Shown here: positions 20,295-29,399 of the stretch, piece after piece
Position numbering within the stretch: the stretch's first letter is position 1
Layout of the letters: each line of letters begins with the position of its first letter
DNA from: Gemmatimonadota bacterium
Lineage (GTDB): Bacteria > Gemmatimonadota > Gemmatimonadetes > Gemmatimonadales > GWC2-71-9
DNA: 64,000 nucleotides
Direction: 5' to 3'
Assembly: GCA_003221005.1 (NCBI GenBank)
Contig: QHTZ01000067.1
Coordinates: 43,417-107,416 of the forward strand
The notes under the pieces: model-generated
The model's input: the letters and a program-made list of their open reading frames with translations, nothing else
What the model was told of the DNA's origin: nothing
Databases searched by the model: none
Program-made: the position numbers and the translations under genes

Positions 20295-21773
20295 TCAGAA
20301 CCCACTGGTCTCGGGTCGTTGATAGCGCACGAGTCGTTGCAGCGCTTGCAGTTCGAGCGGCAAACCGTAAAGGCGCGTCCGGTATCGCCACGCGCTCACC
20401 CCGCGGAGCACCCTGCGCCACATGCCCGTCAGATGCGCGTCGGTGGACGTCGGATAGTACGCATTGAGCACGCGCTCAAAATCGCGGACTCGCTGCCGCA
20501 GGGCGCGATTGAGCCAGGGCACCACGTCGCTGTACCGTTGCGCAAACCGTTGCCAAGGGTCGCTGATCCATTCGTCGAGCGTTTTGGGAAAATGAAAGCC
20601 CTCCGCCTGCGCTGCGTCGTACAAGTCGCCTGCGAGCGGTACTGGCGTGTAGTTGTACATGATGATCTCGCTGCGCGAATTGATCACCTTGACGCGGCGG
20701 ATGAACTCGATCGTGTGGCGCACGTCGCCTTCCGCGTCTGGCGGGTTCCCCAACACAAACGAAAATTCTGGCACGATGTCGTAGTCCTTCATCTTACCGG
20801 CTAACTCGAGCGTCTTGTCGGGCGACATCGTGCCGCCCTTGTCCATTCGCTGTAACGTCTCGAGCGATCCAGATTCCGCGCCCAGAAAAACCATCTTCAG
20901 ACCCGAATCGCGCATCAGGCGCCACGTCTTCTCGGAGTACTTCAGCAGCGTGTCAATGCGCGCCTCGCCCCACCACGCCAGCCCGAGCGGCAGGATGCGT
21001 TCGGCGAATTCCGCAGTGCGCGCCTCGTGGGTGAAGAAATTGTTGTCGTAGAATTCGATCGCGTTGATGCGCCATTCGTTCACGTACATTTGCGCAATGT
21101 CGGCCACGCGCGCCGCGGCCTGAGGCAGCCAGCGCCCGTTCACCATGTTCACCACGGCGCAAAAATTACAAAAGAAGGGACAGCCGTAGCTCGAATGATG
21201 TGGCAGAGTGCGCGACCCGAGGAAGGTCGGTCGGATGTAGCGCTGAATGTCAATCCGATGATAGGGGAACGGCGGGAGACGGTCGGGGTGCGGAATTGGC
21301 GCGAGTCCATTCTGCACTACCTGGCCGCTCGCATCCCGATATGCCAACCCTGCGATGCCACCATGATCGGAATTCTTCCCCAATGCATCCAGCAAATTCA
21401 GGAACACCGTCTCGCCGTGGCCGCGCACCGTGAAGTCGACCGCGGGGTCCTGGAGAATCACGTCTGAGTGCTGTGTCGGGAAATAGCCGCCCCACACGAT
21501 CTGCAGATGCGGAAATTCCCTCTTCAAGGCGCGCGAATGCGGCACCGCCCACGCCAGCTGCGGTCCGGGCATCACCGTGATCGCCAACAGATTCGCGCCC
21601 GCCGTGATTCGCGCTCGCAGCGTCGTCAGCGCGTCGCCTTCGCAATTCCCGTCCACCAGGGTGTACTCGTAGTTGCCTTCGAGCAGCGCGCCCAACGCGA
21701 GCAGCGACATAGGCAAGATCCGCTTACCCGAGCCGTTGCTCACGGGATTGTAGAACACAATGTTCGGCCTCAT
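20295..21773 (-). CDS. cobalamin-dependent radical SAM enzyme
   Basis: 'VFYNP...LPMSLL', 'VWGGYFPT', CxxxCxxC 'CPFFCNFC', 'GAESGS'. Confidence 0.92.
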   Translation of the reverse strand: MRPNIVFYNPVSNGSGKRILPMSLLALGALLEGNYEYTLVDGNCEGDALTTLRARITAGANLLAITVMPGPQLAWAVPHSRALKREFPHLQIVWGGYFPTQHSDVILQDPAVDFTVRGHGETVFLNLLDALGKNSDHGGIAGLAYRDASGQVVQNGLAPIPHPDRLPPFPYHRIDIQRYIRPTFLGSRTLPHHSSYGCPFFCNFCAVVNMVNGRWLPQAAARVADIAQMYVNEWRINAIEFYDNNFFTHEARTAEFAERILPLGLAWWGEARIDTLLKYSEKTWRLMRDSGLKMVFLGAESGSLETLQRMDKGGTMSPDKTLELAGKMKDYDIVPEFSFVLGNPPDAEGDVRHTIEFIRRVKVINSRSEIIMYNYTPVPLAGDLYDAAQAEGFHFPKTLDEWISDPWQRFAQRYSDVVPWLNRALRQRVRDFERVLNAYYPTSTDAHLTGMWRRVLRGVSAWRYRTRLYGLPLELQALQRLVRYQRPETSGF

Positions 21774-22465
21774 GGAGCCACGCGAATCTCGTACACGGTC
21801 AATTTCTCGTTGATCAAGTCGCGTTCGCGTACGACACGCACGCTCAGATGGGTTGCCGACCACAGCGCCGTGGCGATGTCGCCATCACTCGAGAGCACGA
21901 CGAGAGCGCGCCCCCCGGGCGTCAGGTGTGCGGGGACCTCACGCAGAAAGCGATCGAAGACATCGAGGCTCCGCCATGCGGAGTCGGAGAGGTTCCGCGG
22001 CCGGCCGCGAAAGTACGGGGGGTTGAAGAGGATCACGTCAAAGCGCTCACCGTGCACCGGCTCGAACAAATCGCCCACGCGGATTTCAATCCGCCGTTCG
22101 AGGCCGTGCGCCAGGGCGTTGAGCTGGGCACAGCGTGCCGCTTGCGGGTTAATGTCCGTCGCAATCACTTGCGCGGCGTAGCGGGCGGCAAAAATCGCAC
22201 CCAGGCCAGAGCCAGTGCCGACGTCGAGCGCGCGCGCGTCGGGTGGACAGATGTTCACATTGAGCGTCTGTGCGAGAAAGGCGCCCGTCCGCAGCTGCGC
22301 GCCGTTGAAAACGCCAGGGAGCACGACGATCCGCACCCCGCTGACGGTGTCGACGCGCAGCTGTGTATCCTCCCGCAACCGCAGCCGTCGCCACAGGCGC
22401 CAAGACCAGCGAGATACCGCGCGGGCCCAGCCCTGGCTGCCCGCGCCCCATTGCCCCAGGTTCAT
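21770..22465 (-). CDS. HemK/PrmC-like methyltransferase
   Basis: 'LDVGTGSG', 'GDLFEP', 'FNPPY'. Confidence 0.85.
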   Translation of the reverse strand: MNLGQWGAGSQGWARAVSRWSWRLWRRLRLREDTQLRVDTVSGVRIVVLPGVFNGAQLRTGAFLAQTLNVNICPPDARALDVGTGSGLGAIFAARYAAQVIATDINPQAARCAQLNALAHGLERRIEIRVGDLFEPVHGERFDVILFNPPYFRGRPRNLSDSAWRSLDVFDRFLREVPAHLTPGGRALVVLSSDGDIATALWSATHLSVRVVRERDLINEKLTVYEIRVAP

Positions 22466-22484
22466 GCGCGACCTCCGGGGCTGT

Positions 22485-23558
22485 TCATAGCGCCGTCCGC
22501 ACTCCGACCTGCAGTGTGCAGACGCAGCGGCGACAAGTCGCGTCTGCTGCAACATTCAATCCGCGCCGAAACGCGACCATCTCGTTCGCCAAGATCTCGC
22601 GCAAGCGCCTTTCGCGAATGTTGCCAACCACCGGGTGGAAATAGCACGGACGTACCGCGCCGTCGGCTTCGACCACGGCGCTTGCCCACGGCGCGTTGCA
22701 CCGTACCGAGGGAAAGTCAGCAAGCCCGCGCTGTGCGGCGTAGTACTTGGGCAACCGCCGCAACTTCTCCGGTGCCTCGGCAACAAACCGGGACTCGAAA
22801 TCCCTGGCGTGTGAGGCAATGGTGTCCTCAACCACCCGCGCGAATTCCTCGATCTCGTCCTTCTTCAGGAGCAGTCCTCGCATCGAGGACGCTGTCCGCA
22901 AGGTCCTCTCCGCTGCGGCGCCACCCGCCGTAGACGTTCGTCCGAACGCTTCGCTCGTCACGTCGGCGGCAAGAAACGAGATCCCATCGAGTCCCATGGC
23001 GTGCGCCTTGTCGATCAACTGGGACAGCTCCCCAAAGTTGTGACGATGGATGGTGCTGCGCGCCAGCACGGGCATCAGCGGCGACAAGGTCTTCAAGCGT
23101 TTCACGCCGCTCTCGATTACCCTGAGCCCGTCCACCCCGCGAATCTGGTGATACAGCGAGGCGGTGTGCCCGTCCAGGGAAATTGTCACCCGCTCAAAGT
23201 GCTCGACGACCGCCGCCGCATCACGTTCGAGAAACAAGCCGCTCGTCAGCAGATGCAATCTCACGCCGCGGGCTCGGAACAGCGCAGCAATCTGGTACAC
23301 GTCGCGCCGCAGCGTCGGCTCCCCGCCCGAGAACGTCACCAGCCGCGTCCTGAGGGCTGGCAGCTCGTCGGTCAACCCGCGAATCTCGTCGAGCGTCAAA
23401 TCGCCGGCACCATCCGCCTTCCACCAGTCGCACGACACGCAGCGGGAGTTGCAGCGCGCGGTCGGAAAAAAAATGAGGATCGGCAGGGCAAACGTGCGAT
23501 CGGTCGCGCGATTGAGCTGCACGAGCAAATTGCTCGTGACCTGCGGGAGCGTTAACAT
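22485..23558 (-). CDS. radical SAM enzyme with a SPASM/Twitch domain
   Basis: 'CNSRCVSC', 'FSGGEP'; C-terminal 'CNAPW...GAVRPC...CRRCVC'. Confidence 0.9.
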   Translation of the reverse strand: MLTLPQVTSNLLVQLNRATDRTFALPILIFFPTARCNSRCVSCDWWKADGAGDLTLDEIRGLTDELPALRTRLVTFSGGEPTLRRDVYQIAALFRARGVRLHLLTSGLFLERDAAAVVEHFERVTISLDGHTASLYHQIRGVDGLRVIESGVKRLKTLSPLMPVLARSTIHRHNFGELSQLIDKAHAMGLDGISFLAADVTSEAFGRTSTAGGAAAERTLRTASSMRGLLLKKDEIEEFARVVEDTIASHARDFESRFVAEAPEKLRRLPKYYAAQRGLADFPSVRCNAPWASAVVEADGAVRPCYFHPVVGNIRERRLREILANEMVAFRRGLNVAADATCRRCVCTLQVGVRTAL

Positions 23559-23764
23559 GGCTTTGGAGAGAGTCTATAGTAGCGTGCCTACGGAATGTCC
23601 ACACGTGGAGTGGCTCACCCTCGAGCAGCCGCACCCCAGCCCGGCGTCGCTTCCTGAGACGGCTTGCCTTTCATGAAGTCATTGCCGTTCTGGGCCTCGG
23701 GGCGCCAGTGCCGTCGGCACGTATGCGAACAGCATGAAGCCGCTGAGACAGGTATCGTTCCTCC

Positions 23765-24739
23765 GTGAACCCAGGCACGCTGATATCGATCATCATTCCC
23801 ACGTACAACCGGGCCAGGCTCCTGCGTGAAGCGGTGGAGTCGGTCCTCGCTCAAACATATCACGACTGGGAGCTGCTCGTGATTGACGACGGCTCTACCG
23901 ACGGCTCCCGCACGTACCTCGGGACGCTCGCCCACCGGCGCCTTCGCCCGGTCCTGTTGGAGCACTCCGGCAACGCAGCACGGGTTCGCAATGCGGGACT
24001 TCGCGCAGCCCGTGGCTCATACATCGCGTTCCTGGATTCGGACGATCTCTGGCACCCGGAGAAACTCGCACTTCAGATCGAGGACATGCACGCGCATCCT
24101 GAATGTGGCTGGAGCTATACTGGTCTGGCGCTTGTGGACGAGCGGGGGCAAGAGATCCCGCCGGTTGGCGGCCGCCGTGTGCCAGCTCAGCGGGGCTGGA
24201 TTCTCGAGGCCTTGATCAAGGGACAGGCTATCGCCGCCACCTCAGCAGTGCTCGTGCGGCGACAACTGCTCCAGAGGGTGGGCGACTTCGATGAATCCCT
24301 GCCCGTTTGTGAGGAGATCGATCTCTTCTTCAGATTCGCCGAGGCGAGCCCGGCGACCGTCGTGTGCCGGCCGTTGGTGTCGTGCCGTCGCCACCCGGGA
24401 AATGGGCCCTGGCCCCCCCTCGACGTCCTCGAGTGCAGGAATCGGGTTTACGACGGCCTGCTGGCCCGCACGTCGTCGCGGCGGCTGCGGCGCATCTGTC
24501 GACGGAGCAAGCTACGATTCACCGTGGCCCATCTGGGCAGGCTGCGAAGGACCGGGCTGTACGCCGAAACTCGACAGGCGCTTTCAATGTCGTTCCCGTA
24601 TGCAGGATTGCACCCGGCGTGGTGGGTCGCGTGCCTCCAGACATGGCTGCGGCGTTCGCCGGGAGGTGGGCCAGCGTCCCTCCGGCCCCCCCAAGGCCGT
24701 GCTGATCCGCCGCCAGTGGCTCGCGGTTCTTCTTCCTGA
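23765..24739 (+). CDS. GT2 glycosyltransferase
   Basis: 'SIIIPTYNR', 'IDDGSTD', 'AFLDSDD'. Confidence 0.9.
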   Translation: MNPGTLISIIIPTYNRARLLREAVESVLAQTYHDWELLVIDDGSTDGSRTYLGTLAHRRLRPVLLEHSGNAARVRNAGLRAARGSYIAFLDSDDLWHPEKLALQIEDMHAHPECGWSYTGLALVDERGQEIPPVGGRRVPAQRGWILEALIKGQAIAATSAVLVRRQLLQRVGDFDESLPVCEEIDLFFRFAEASPATVVCRPLVSCRRHPGNGPWPPLDVLECRNRVYDGLLARTSSRRLRRICRRSKLRFTVAHLGRLRRTGLYAETRQALSMSFPYAGLHPAWWVACLQTWLRRSPGGGPASLRPPQGRADPPPVARGSSS

Positions 24740-24793
24740 CAGTCAGTCATTGCGCACGCCGCGATGACGCTCAAGACGAGCCGGACCGTCCAG

Positions 24794-25786
24794 TCAGCGG
24801 AGCCACGCCGAGAGGTCGCGGCCAATGAAGTCGGCTGTGCCCAAGATCTGTTCGCGGTAGTAGTCGATGACCATGGCGCGATCGGCGGGATCCATGGTCA
24901 CGGCGGTCCGCGGTCCGCGGTACAGGCGCACGAGGAGTCGGCGGGCCGGTTCAGGGAGCCGAGTCGTCAGGGCTACCTCGCCAAGCAACCGTCGGCGCAA
25001 GGCGTGCAGGCGCGGGAACCGCGGTACGACGGGCACATTGTGCCGGCGCGATAGGTCCACTGGCACGTCGGGATCGATCTCCAGGAACTCAAAGATGTCC
25101 CGCAACACCGACCGCGCGTCCGCGCAAAAATCCTCGTATAAGTAGACGCGGAGGTGCTTTCGGGGGAACAAGGCCGCGTAGCGCTGCAGGTGGGTCGCGT
25201 ATCGCCCCACGAGCACCCTCAGACCCTTCCAGGGATCCGGTCGGTCCGCTGCCTCGAGAAACTGAGCGCGGAATGTCTGGAGGCGGGGACGACGCCACAG
25301 GTTCGCCGCATACTCTGAGAACAGTCGCTGAGCCGGGTCTCGCAGCACGAAAATTAGGCGCGCGTCCGGCACGTGCGCGTGAATCGCCTCAGCGGCGCTG
25401 GGTAACCAGACATGATCGACGCTCGCGTCACCGATGGCGGTCTCCTCGCGCACACGCTGGAAGAGCTCCAGATAGTCCTCCCACTTTGCGACGACCCACC
25501 TTCTCCCAGATACGTACTCCCACTTCGCGACTGCCCACCGTCTCTCAGGCTCCACCAGGCCCTTCCAATGCGGGTGCAAGTCTTCGAGCTCCTGCATTGA
25601 CTGGCGCACGACGCGATCACCGTTCGCGTCAGACAGGATGTCGGCCGCTCCGAAGAACGTCGGCTCCTTTGGCCAGCACATGTAAACCTGGGGATGTTGT
25701 TGCAGGTAGGCGTACAGCGAGGAGGTGCCGGCTTTGGGCACGCCCGCGAGAAAGAACGTCGGGAGCTTGCCCGTACCAGGTGTCAT
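24794..25786 (-). CDS. sulfotransferase
   Basis: 5'-PAPS loop 'PKAGTSSL'; 3'-PB motif 'LRDPAQRLFS'. Confidence 0.88.
   Translation of the reverse strand: MTPGTGKLPTFFLAGVPKAGTSSLYAYLQQHPQVYMCWPKEPTFFGAADILSDANGDRVVRQSMQELEDLHPHWKGLVEPERRWAVAKWEYVSGRRWVVAKWEDYLELFQRVREETAIGDASVDHVWLPSAAEAIHAHVPDARLIFVLRDPAQRLFSEYAANLWRRPRLQTFRAQFLEAADRPDPWKGLRVLVGRYATHLQRYAALFPRKHLRVYLYEDFCADARSVLRDIFEFLEIDPDVPVDLSRRHNVPVVPRFPRLHALRRRLLGEVALTTRLPEPARRLLVRLYRGPRTAVTMDPADRAMVIDYYREQILGTADFIGRDLSAWLR
25478..25544. repeat. 39-bp-period tandem duplication inside the sulfotransferase
   Basis: ctcccactttgcgacgacccaccttctc and ctcccacttcgcgactgcccaccgtctc, encoding RRW(A/V)VAKWE twice. Confidence 0.8.
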
Positions 25787-25919
25787 CAGATGGAACGGTA
25801 CCGCCGGCGGACGCGCACCGTCAATTGGAAGCCCTTCGGGGGCTTCAAGTTCCGGATCGACCTCCCGTCACCGAGCCTGCTCGCGACGCTGTGATCATGA
25901 GCCACGTGGACCTCGTCAT

Positions 25920-26051
25920 TCGAGCTGCGGACCTGCGGACAGTAGTGCAGGCGTCCCAGAGGGCGCACCGCCCCGTCCAGACCGGGATCGCGCACCTTCA
26001 CCGATAGACCTTGGAGAGTCGCTCCGCGACGATCACGGCGGCGTTCGCCAT
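25920..26051 (-). pseudogene. N-terminal relic of an ABC transporter ATPase
   Basis: '[17 protein letters not shown]' then a frameshift to '[15 protein letters not shown]', resembling ABC-2 ATPase N-termini. No Walker A follows. Confidence 0.5.
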
Positions 26052-26111
26052 GGGCGAACCGTGCATCGGCCCACGCGTCCCCGGGAACCGCGGGGCGGCG
26101 GGAGGCAGCCG

Positions 26112-27093
26112 CTATTCCCGCTGCGCCGCGGTCTGGAACAGTGGCAGGTACTGCGCGTACCCCTCTTCCCCCAACCGCTCCACAGGCATGACCCGCAGCC
26201 GAGCGGACTTCGGTGCGGGTCATGAACAGGCTGCGATCCGTCTTCTCTTTCACGTTCGGCGCCTCGAGCGGCCGCGTGAAACTCGGCCATCCGGTGCCGG
26301 AGTCGAACTTGTCGAATGAGCTGAAGAGCGGCTCCCCCGAGACCACGTCCACGTAGATCCCCGGATGGTGGTTGTCCCAGAAGTCGTTGTGGAACGGCCG
26401 CTCGGTGGCCTCGTGCTGCGTGACCTCATACTGCAGCGGCGTGAGCGAGCCCTTGAGCTCGGCGTCGCCCGGCTTTCGAAACTGCATGGGATTCCATCCT
26501 TTCTGACTCGCCACTCTGGATGCGTCCGCGCCCCACACTTCGCGCAGCCGCCGGTCGCGACCGCAGCCCAGGCGGTAGGCCTTGTAATACGCGGAATTCT
26601 TCCGATAGAAGTGCTGATGACGTTCCTCCGCAGGGTAGAACGCGGCCGCCGGCGCGATCAGCGTCACGATCGGCTGCCGAAACCGCCCCTCGAGGCTCCG
26701 CTTCGATTGCTCCGCGAGCCGCTGCTGCGTCGAGTCGTGGTAGAAGATCGCCGTGTGGTACTGCGGCCCGTGGTCGCAGAACTGGCCGTCGGCCTGGAGC
26801 GGATCGATGTTGTGCCAGAACGCGTCGAGTAGCGTCTCGTACGTCACCTTCCGCGGATCGTAGACGACCCGGACCGACTCGAGGTGCCCGGTGCCGCCGC
26901 TCGAGACTTCCTCGTACGTCGGATTTGCCGTGCGACCTCCAGTGAAGCCCACGGTCACCGCAGTGACGCCGTCGAGCTGGTCGAAGGGATGCTCCATTGA
27001 CCAGAAGCAGCCGCCTGCGAAGATCGCCGTGGCGCTGTCGCTCGGCGCCGCACCGGCGAGGAGCAGGCTGAGGACCGTGGACATGAAGAGCAT
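26112..27093 (-). CDS. msrAB: exported MsrA-MsrB fusion; the MsrB half is disrupted by a deletion and frameshift near 26200
   Basis: MsrA 'FAGGCFW', 'GHLESV', 'FYPAEERHQ'; MsrB '[11 protein letters not shown]', 'RTEVRS'. The tail '[21 protein letters not shown]' is in another frame and ends at TAG 26112. Confidence 0.85.
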
Positions 27094-27302
27094 CTGGCTG
27101 GCTCCGATCGGGTTGAGTCGCTTGGCGACGCTCTCAATCTCGCCACGCGAACCCGCGGAGTGAAGCACCAGGACCGTCGGTGAGAGAACTGTCATCCTTC
27201 ACTCATTCGGGAGGCGCGCAGCAGGGCACCGAACATTAGAACGGTCTCATCGGACGTCGCCGCTCGTTGCCGGCCTGGCCGGCTCCCCCGTAGCTTAGCG
27301 GC

Positions 27303-27977
27303 GTGCAGATCCTCGTGGTAGAAGACGATCGCGACCTGCGACGCTTTCTGAGCAAGGCGTTCCGCGAGGAGGGCTATGGGGTGGCCGAGACCGACTCCGG
27401 TGACCGGGCCCTCGACCGCGCTCTCGACGGCAGCTACAGCTGCATCATCCTGGACGTGATGCTGCCGGGGCGGGACGGCTTTAGCGTCGTCGCGGAGCTG
27501 CGCCAGCGCGGGGTCTTCACCCCGGTGCTGATGCTCACTGCCAAGGACGAGCTCGACGCCCGAGTGCGGGGGCTCGAAGGCGGCGCGGACGACTATCTCA
27601 CCAAACCGTTCGACTTGTCTGAGCTGATCGCGCGGGTGCACGCCATGATTCGCCGTTCCGAACTGCGCCACAAGGATGCAACGCTGAAGGTGGGCAACAT
27701 CGTCCTCGACCCGCTGACCCGCCGGGTGACGCAGGACGGGCGCGTCGTGGATCTGAGCCCGCGGGAGTTTTCCCTGCTCGAGTTCCTCATGCGCAACGCC
27801 GGCCGCACCGTGTCCCGCTCGCGCATCGCCGAGGCGGTCTGGAACTACAAGTTCGACCCGGAGACCAACGTGGTCGACGTCTACGTCAACTACCTCCGGA
27901 AGAAGCTCAGTTTCGCGGGAGCCACGGCGCCGATCCGCACGGTGCGCGGCACGGGCTACCGGCTCGAGACGCCGTGA
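27303..27977 (+). CDS. OmpR-family response regulator (CusR/CzcR-like)
   Basis: 'VVEDD', 'ILDVMLP', 'YLTKPF', 'TNVVDVYV...LRKK', 'TVRGTGY'. Confidence 0.93.
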   Translation: MQILVVEDDRDLRRFLSKAFREEGYGVAETDSGDRALDRALDGSYSCIILDVMLPGRDGFSVVAELRQRGVFTPVLMLTAKDELDARVRGLEGGADDYLTKPFDLSELIARVHAMIRRSELRHKDATLKVGNIVLDPLTRRVTQDGRVVDLSPREFSLLEFLMRNAGRTVSRSRIAEAVWNYKFDPETNVVDVYVNYLRKKLSFAGATAPIRTVRGTGYRLETP

Positions 27978-29320
27978 CCGAGGGCCGGCTCAGCGCGATC
28001 CTCACGCGGCGGTTCCGCCGCGTCGCTTGGACGGCGCTCACCGGCTACACGCTGCTCGTCGTGGCGGCGTTCGTCGTCGCGGGCGAAGCGGTGCTGCGCC
28101 GCTCCCTCGAGCACTCCGCCGACGTGATCCAATCGCTGCTGGGCGCGTACACCGACTCAACCGGGGGACCGGGGAGCGTGATGCCCGCGACGCTGGCCGA
28201 GCAGCTCGTCGGCATGGGCGGCCAGGTTGTCATCACCCGCACGCGGACCAACGCCGGCGGGATGCAGGAAGTGTACTTCCTTTCGCCGGGCATGCCCGCC
28301 AAGCGGCTCGAGGGCATCCCCGCGAGTGCCTCCCCGGAGGACGTGCGCCAGGTGTTGCTCGCGGCGATTGCGCAGCGCGCGCGCTGGCGCTACCGCGTGC
28401 TGCACCGCTCGATGGGCACCTTCGACATCTACATCGTCGCGAGCCGCGAGCCGTATCTCGTCGCGCTCGCCGCCGTGGCGGCTGCGGCCCTGCTGTTATT
28501 GCCCGGCGCCGCGCTCAGCGCCGGACGCGGCGCAGGCCAGGCCGTCGCGGCGGCGCTCGATCCCCTCGAGCGCGTGGCCGCCGAGACGCGCGCCATCGGC
28601 CCCGCCGAGCTCGGCAAACGGCTCACCAGCCCCACCGGCCAGGCGGAGGTCACGGAGCTCGCCGACAGCATCAACCGTATGCTCGAGCGCGTGGACCGGG
28701 CACACCGTGCCCTCGAGGCGTTCACCGCCGACGCGAGTCACGAGCTGCGCACGCCGCTTACCCACCTGCGCGCGCAGGTGCAGTGGGCCCTCGCCGAGGG
28801 GCGCTCCGAGCCGGAAGTGCGCGACGCGCTGATGGCGCTGGAGCGCGAGCTCGAGCGCACGACAAAGCTAGTCGAAGAGCTGCTGCTGATCGCCCGCGGG
28901 GAGAACCGCCAGCTCGCGCTCGCACACGAATCATTCGATCTTGCGACCGTGGTGGACGAGGTGCGGGAGATCACCGAAGCGATGGCGGTCGGCCGGGATC
29001 TCGTCGTACGCTCCGACGCCCTCGACCCGACGCTGGCGGTGGGCGACGCCGATCGCACCCGTCACATCCTCCTCAACCTCGCCTCCAACGCCGTGCGCTA
29101 CACGCCGCGCGGCGAGATCACCTTCTCGCTGCGGCGCAACGTCGACCGGTTCTTCCGGATTGATCAGTCCCGCAGCCGCGCGCTCGGTGGCACGGGCCTG
29201 GGCCTTGCGATCGCACGCCTGCTTGCCGAGCTCCAGGGGGGCGAGATCACAGTGGAAAGCACACTTGGCGCGGGGAGTACGTTCACGGCGTGGCTGCCGG
29301 CGGCGCGCCTCACCCCCTGA
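27974..29320 (+). CDS. HAMP sensor histidine kinase (HATPase domain lacks the G1 box)
   Basis: 'ADASHELRTPL', N box 'NLASNAVRY', G2 box 'GTGLGLAI'. The DxGxG segment is missing at ~29141. Confidence 0.85.
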   Translation: MTEGRLSAILTRRFRRVAWTALTGYTLLVVAAFVVAGEAVLRRSLEHSADVIQSLLGAYTDSTGGPGSVMPATLAEQLVGMGGQVVITRTRTNAGGMQEVYFLSPGMPAKRLEGIPASASPEDVRQVLLAAIAQRARWRYRVLHRSMGTFDIYIVASREPYLVALAAVAAAALLLLPGAALSAGRGAGQAVAAALDPLERVAAETRAIGPAELGKRLTSPTGQAEVTELADSINRMLERVDRAHRALEAFTADASHELRTPLTHLRAQVQWALAEGRSEPEVRDALMALERELERTTKLVEELLLIARGENRQLALAHESFDLATVVDEVREITEAMAVGRDLVVRSDALDPTLAVGDADRTRHILLNLASNAVRYTPRGEITFSLRRNVDRFFRIDQSRSRALGGTGLGLAIARLLAELQGGEITVESTLGAGSTFTAWLPAARLTP

Positions 29321-29382
29321 CCCCCTCTCCGCGAGGCGCAGGCCTCACCCCCTCTGGCCCCTCTCCGCAATGCGGAGAGGGG
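29308..29382. repeat. REP-like palindromic element (tandem partial copies plus a hairpin)
   Basis: cctcaccccct..cccctctccgc occurs twice (29308, 29343). Inverted repeat cccctctccgca/tgcggagagggg at 29358-29382, between convergent genes. Confidence 0.6.
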
Positions 29383-29399
29383 GAACGAGAGTGAGATGT

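Noticed and set aside
23559-23764. Precursor peptide for the SPASM radical SAM in the divergent intergenic region
   Set aside because: Only short ORFs without a convincing RBS or motif (e.g. MKGKPSQEATPGWGAAARG) are present.
14843-25786. Lasso peptide cluster (kinase, sulfotransferase, glycosyltransferases)
   Set aside because: No asparagine-synthetase-like cyclase, B protein or lasso precursor is visible.
25786-27195. 469-aa MsrAB as one intact protein
   Set aside because: Its C-terminal ~140 residues are frameshift read-through across the MsrB tail and an ABC ATPase relic.
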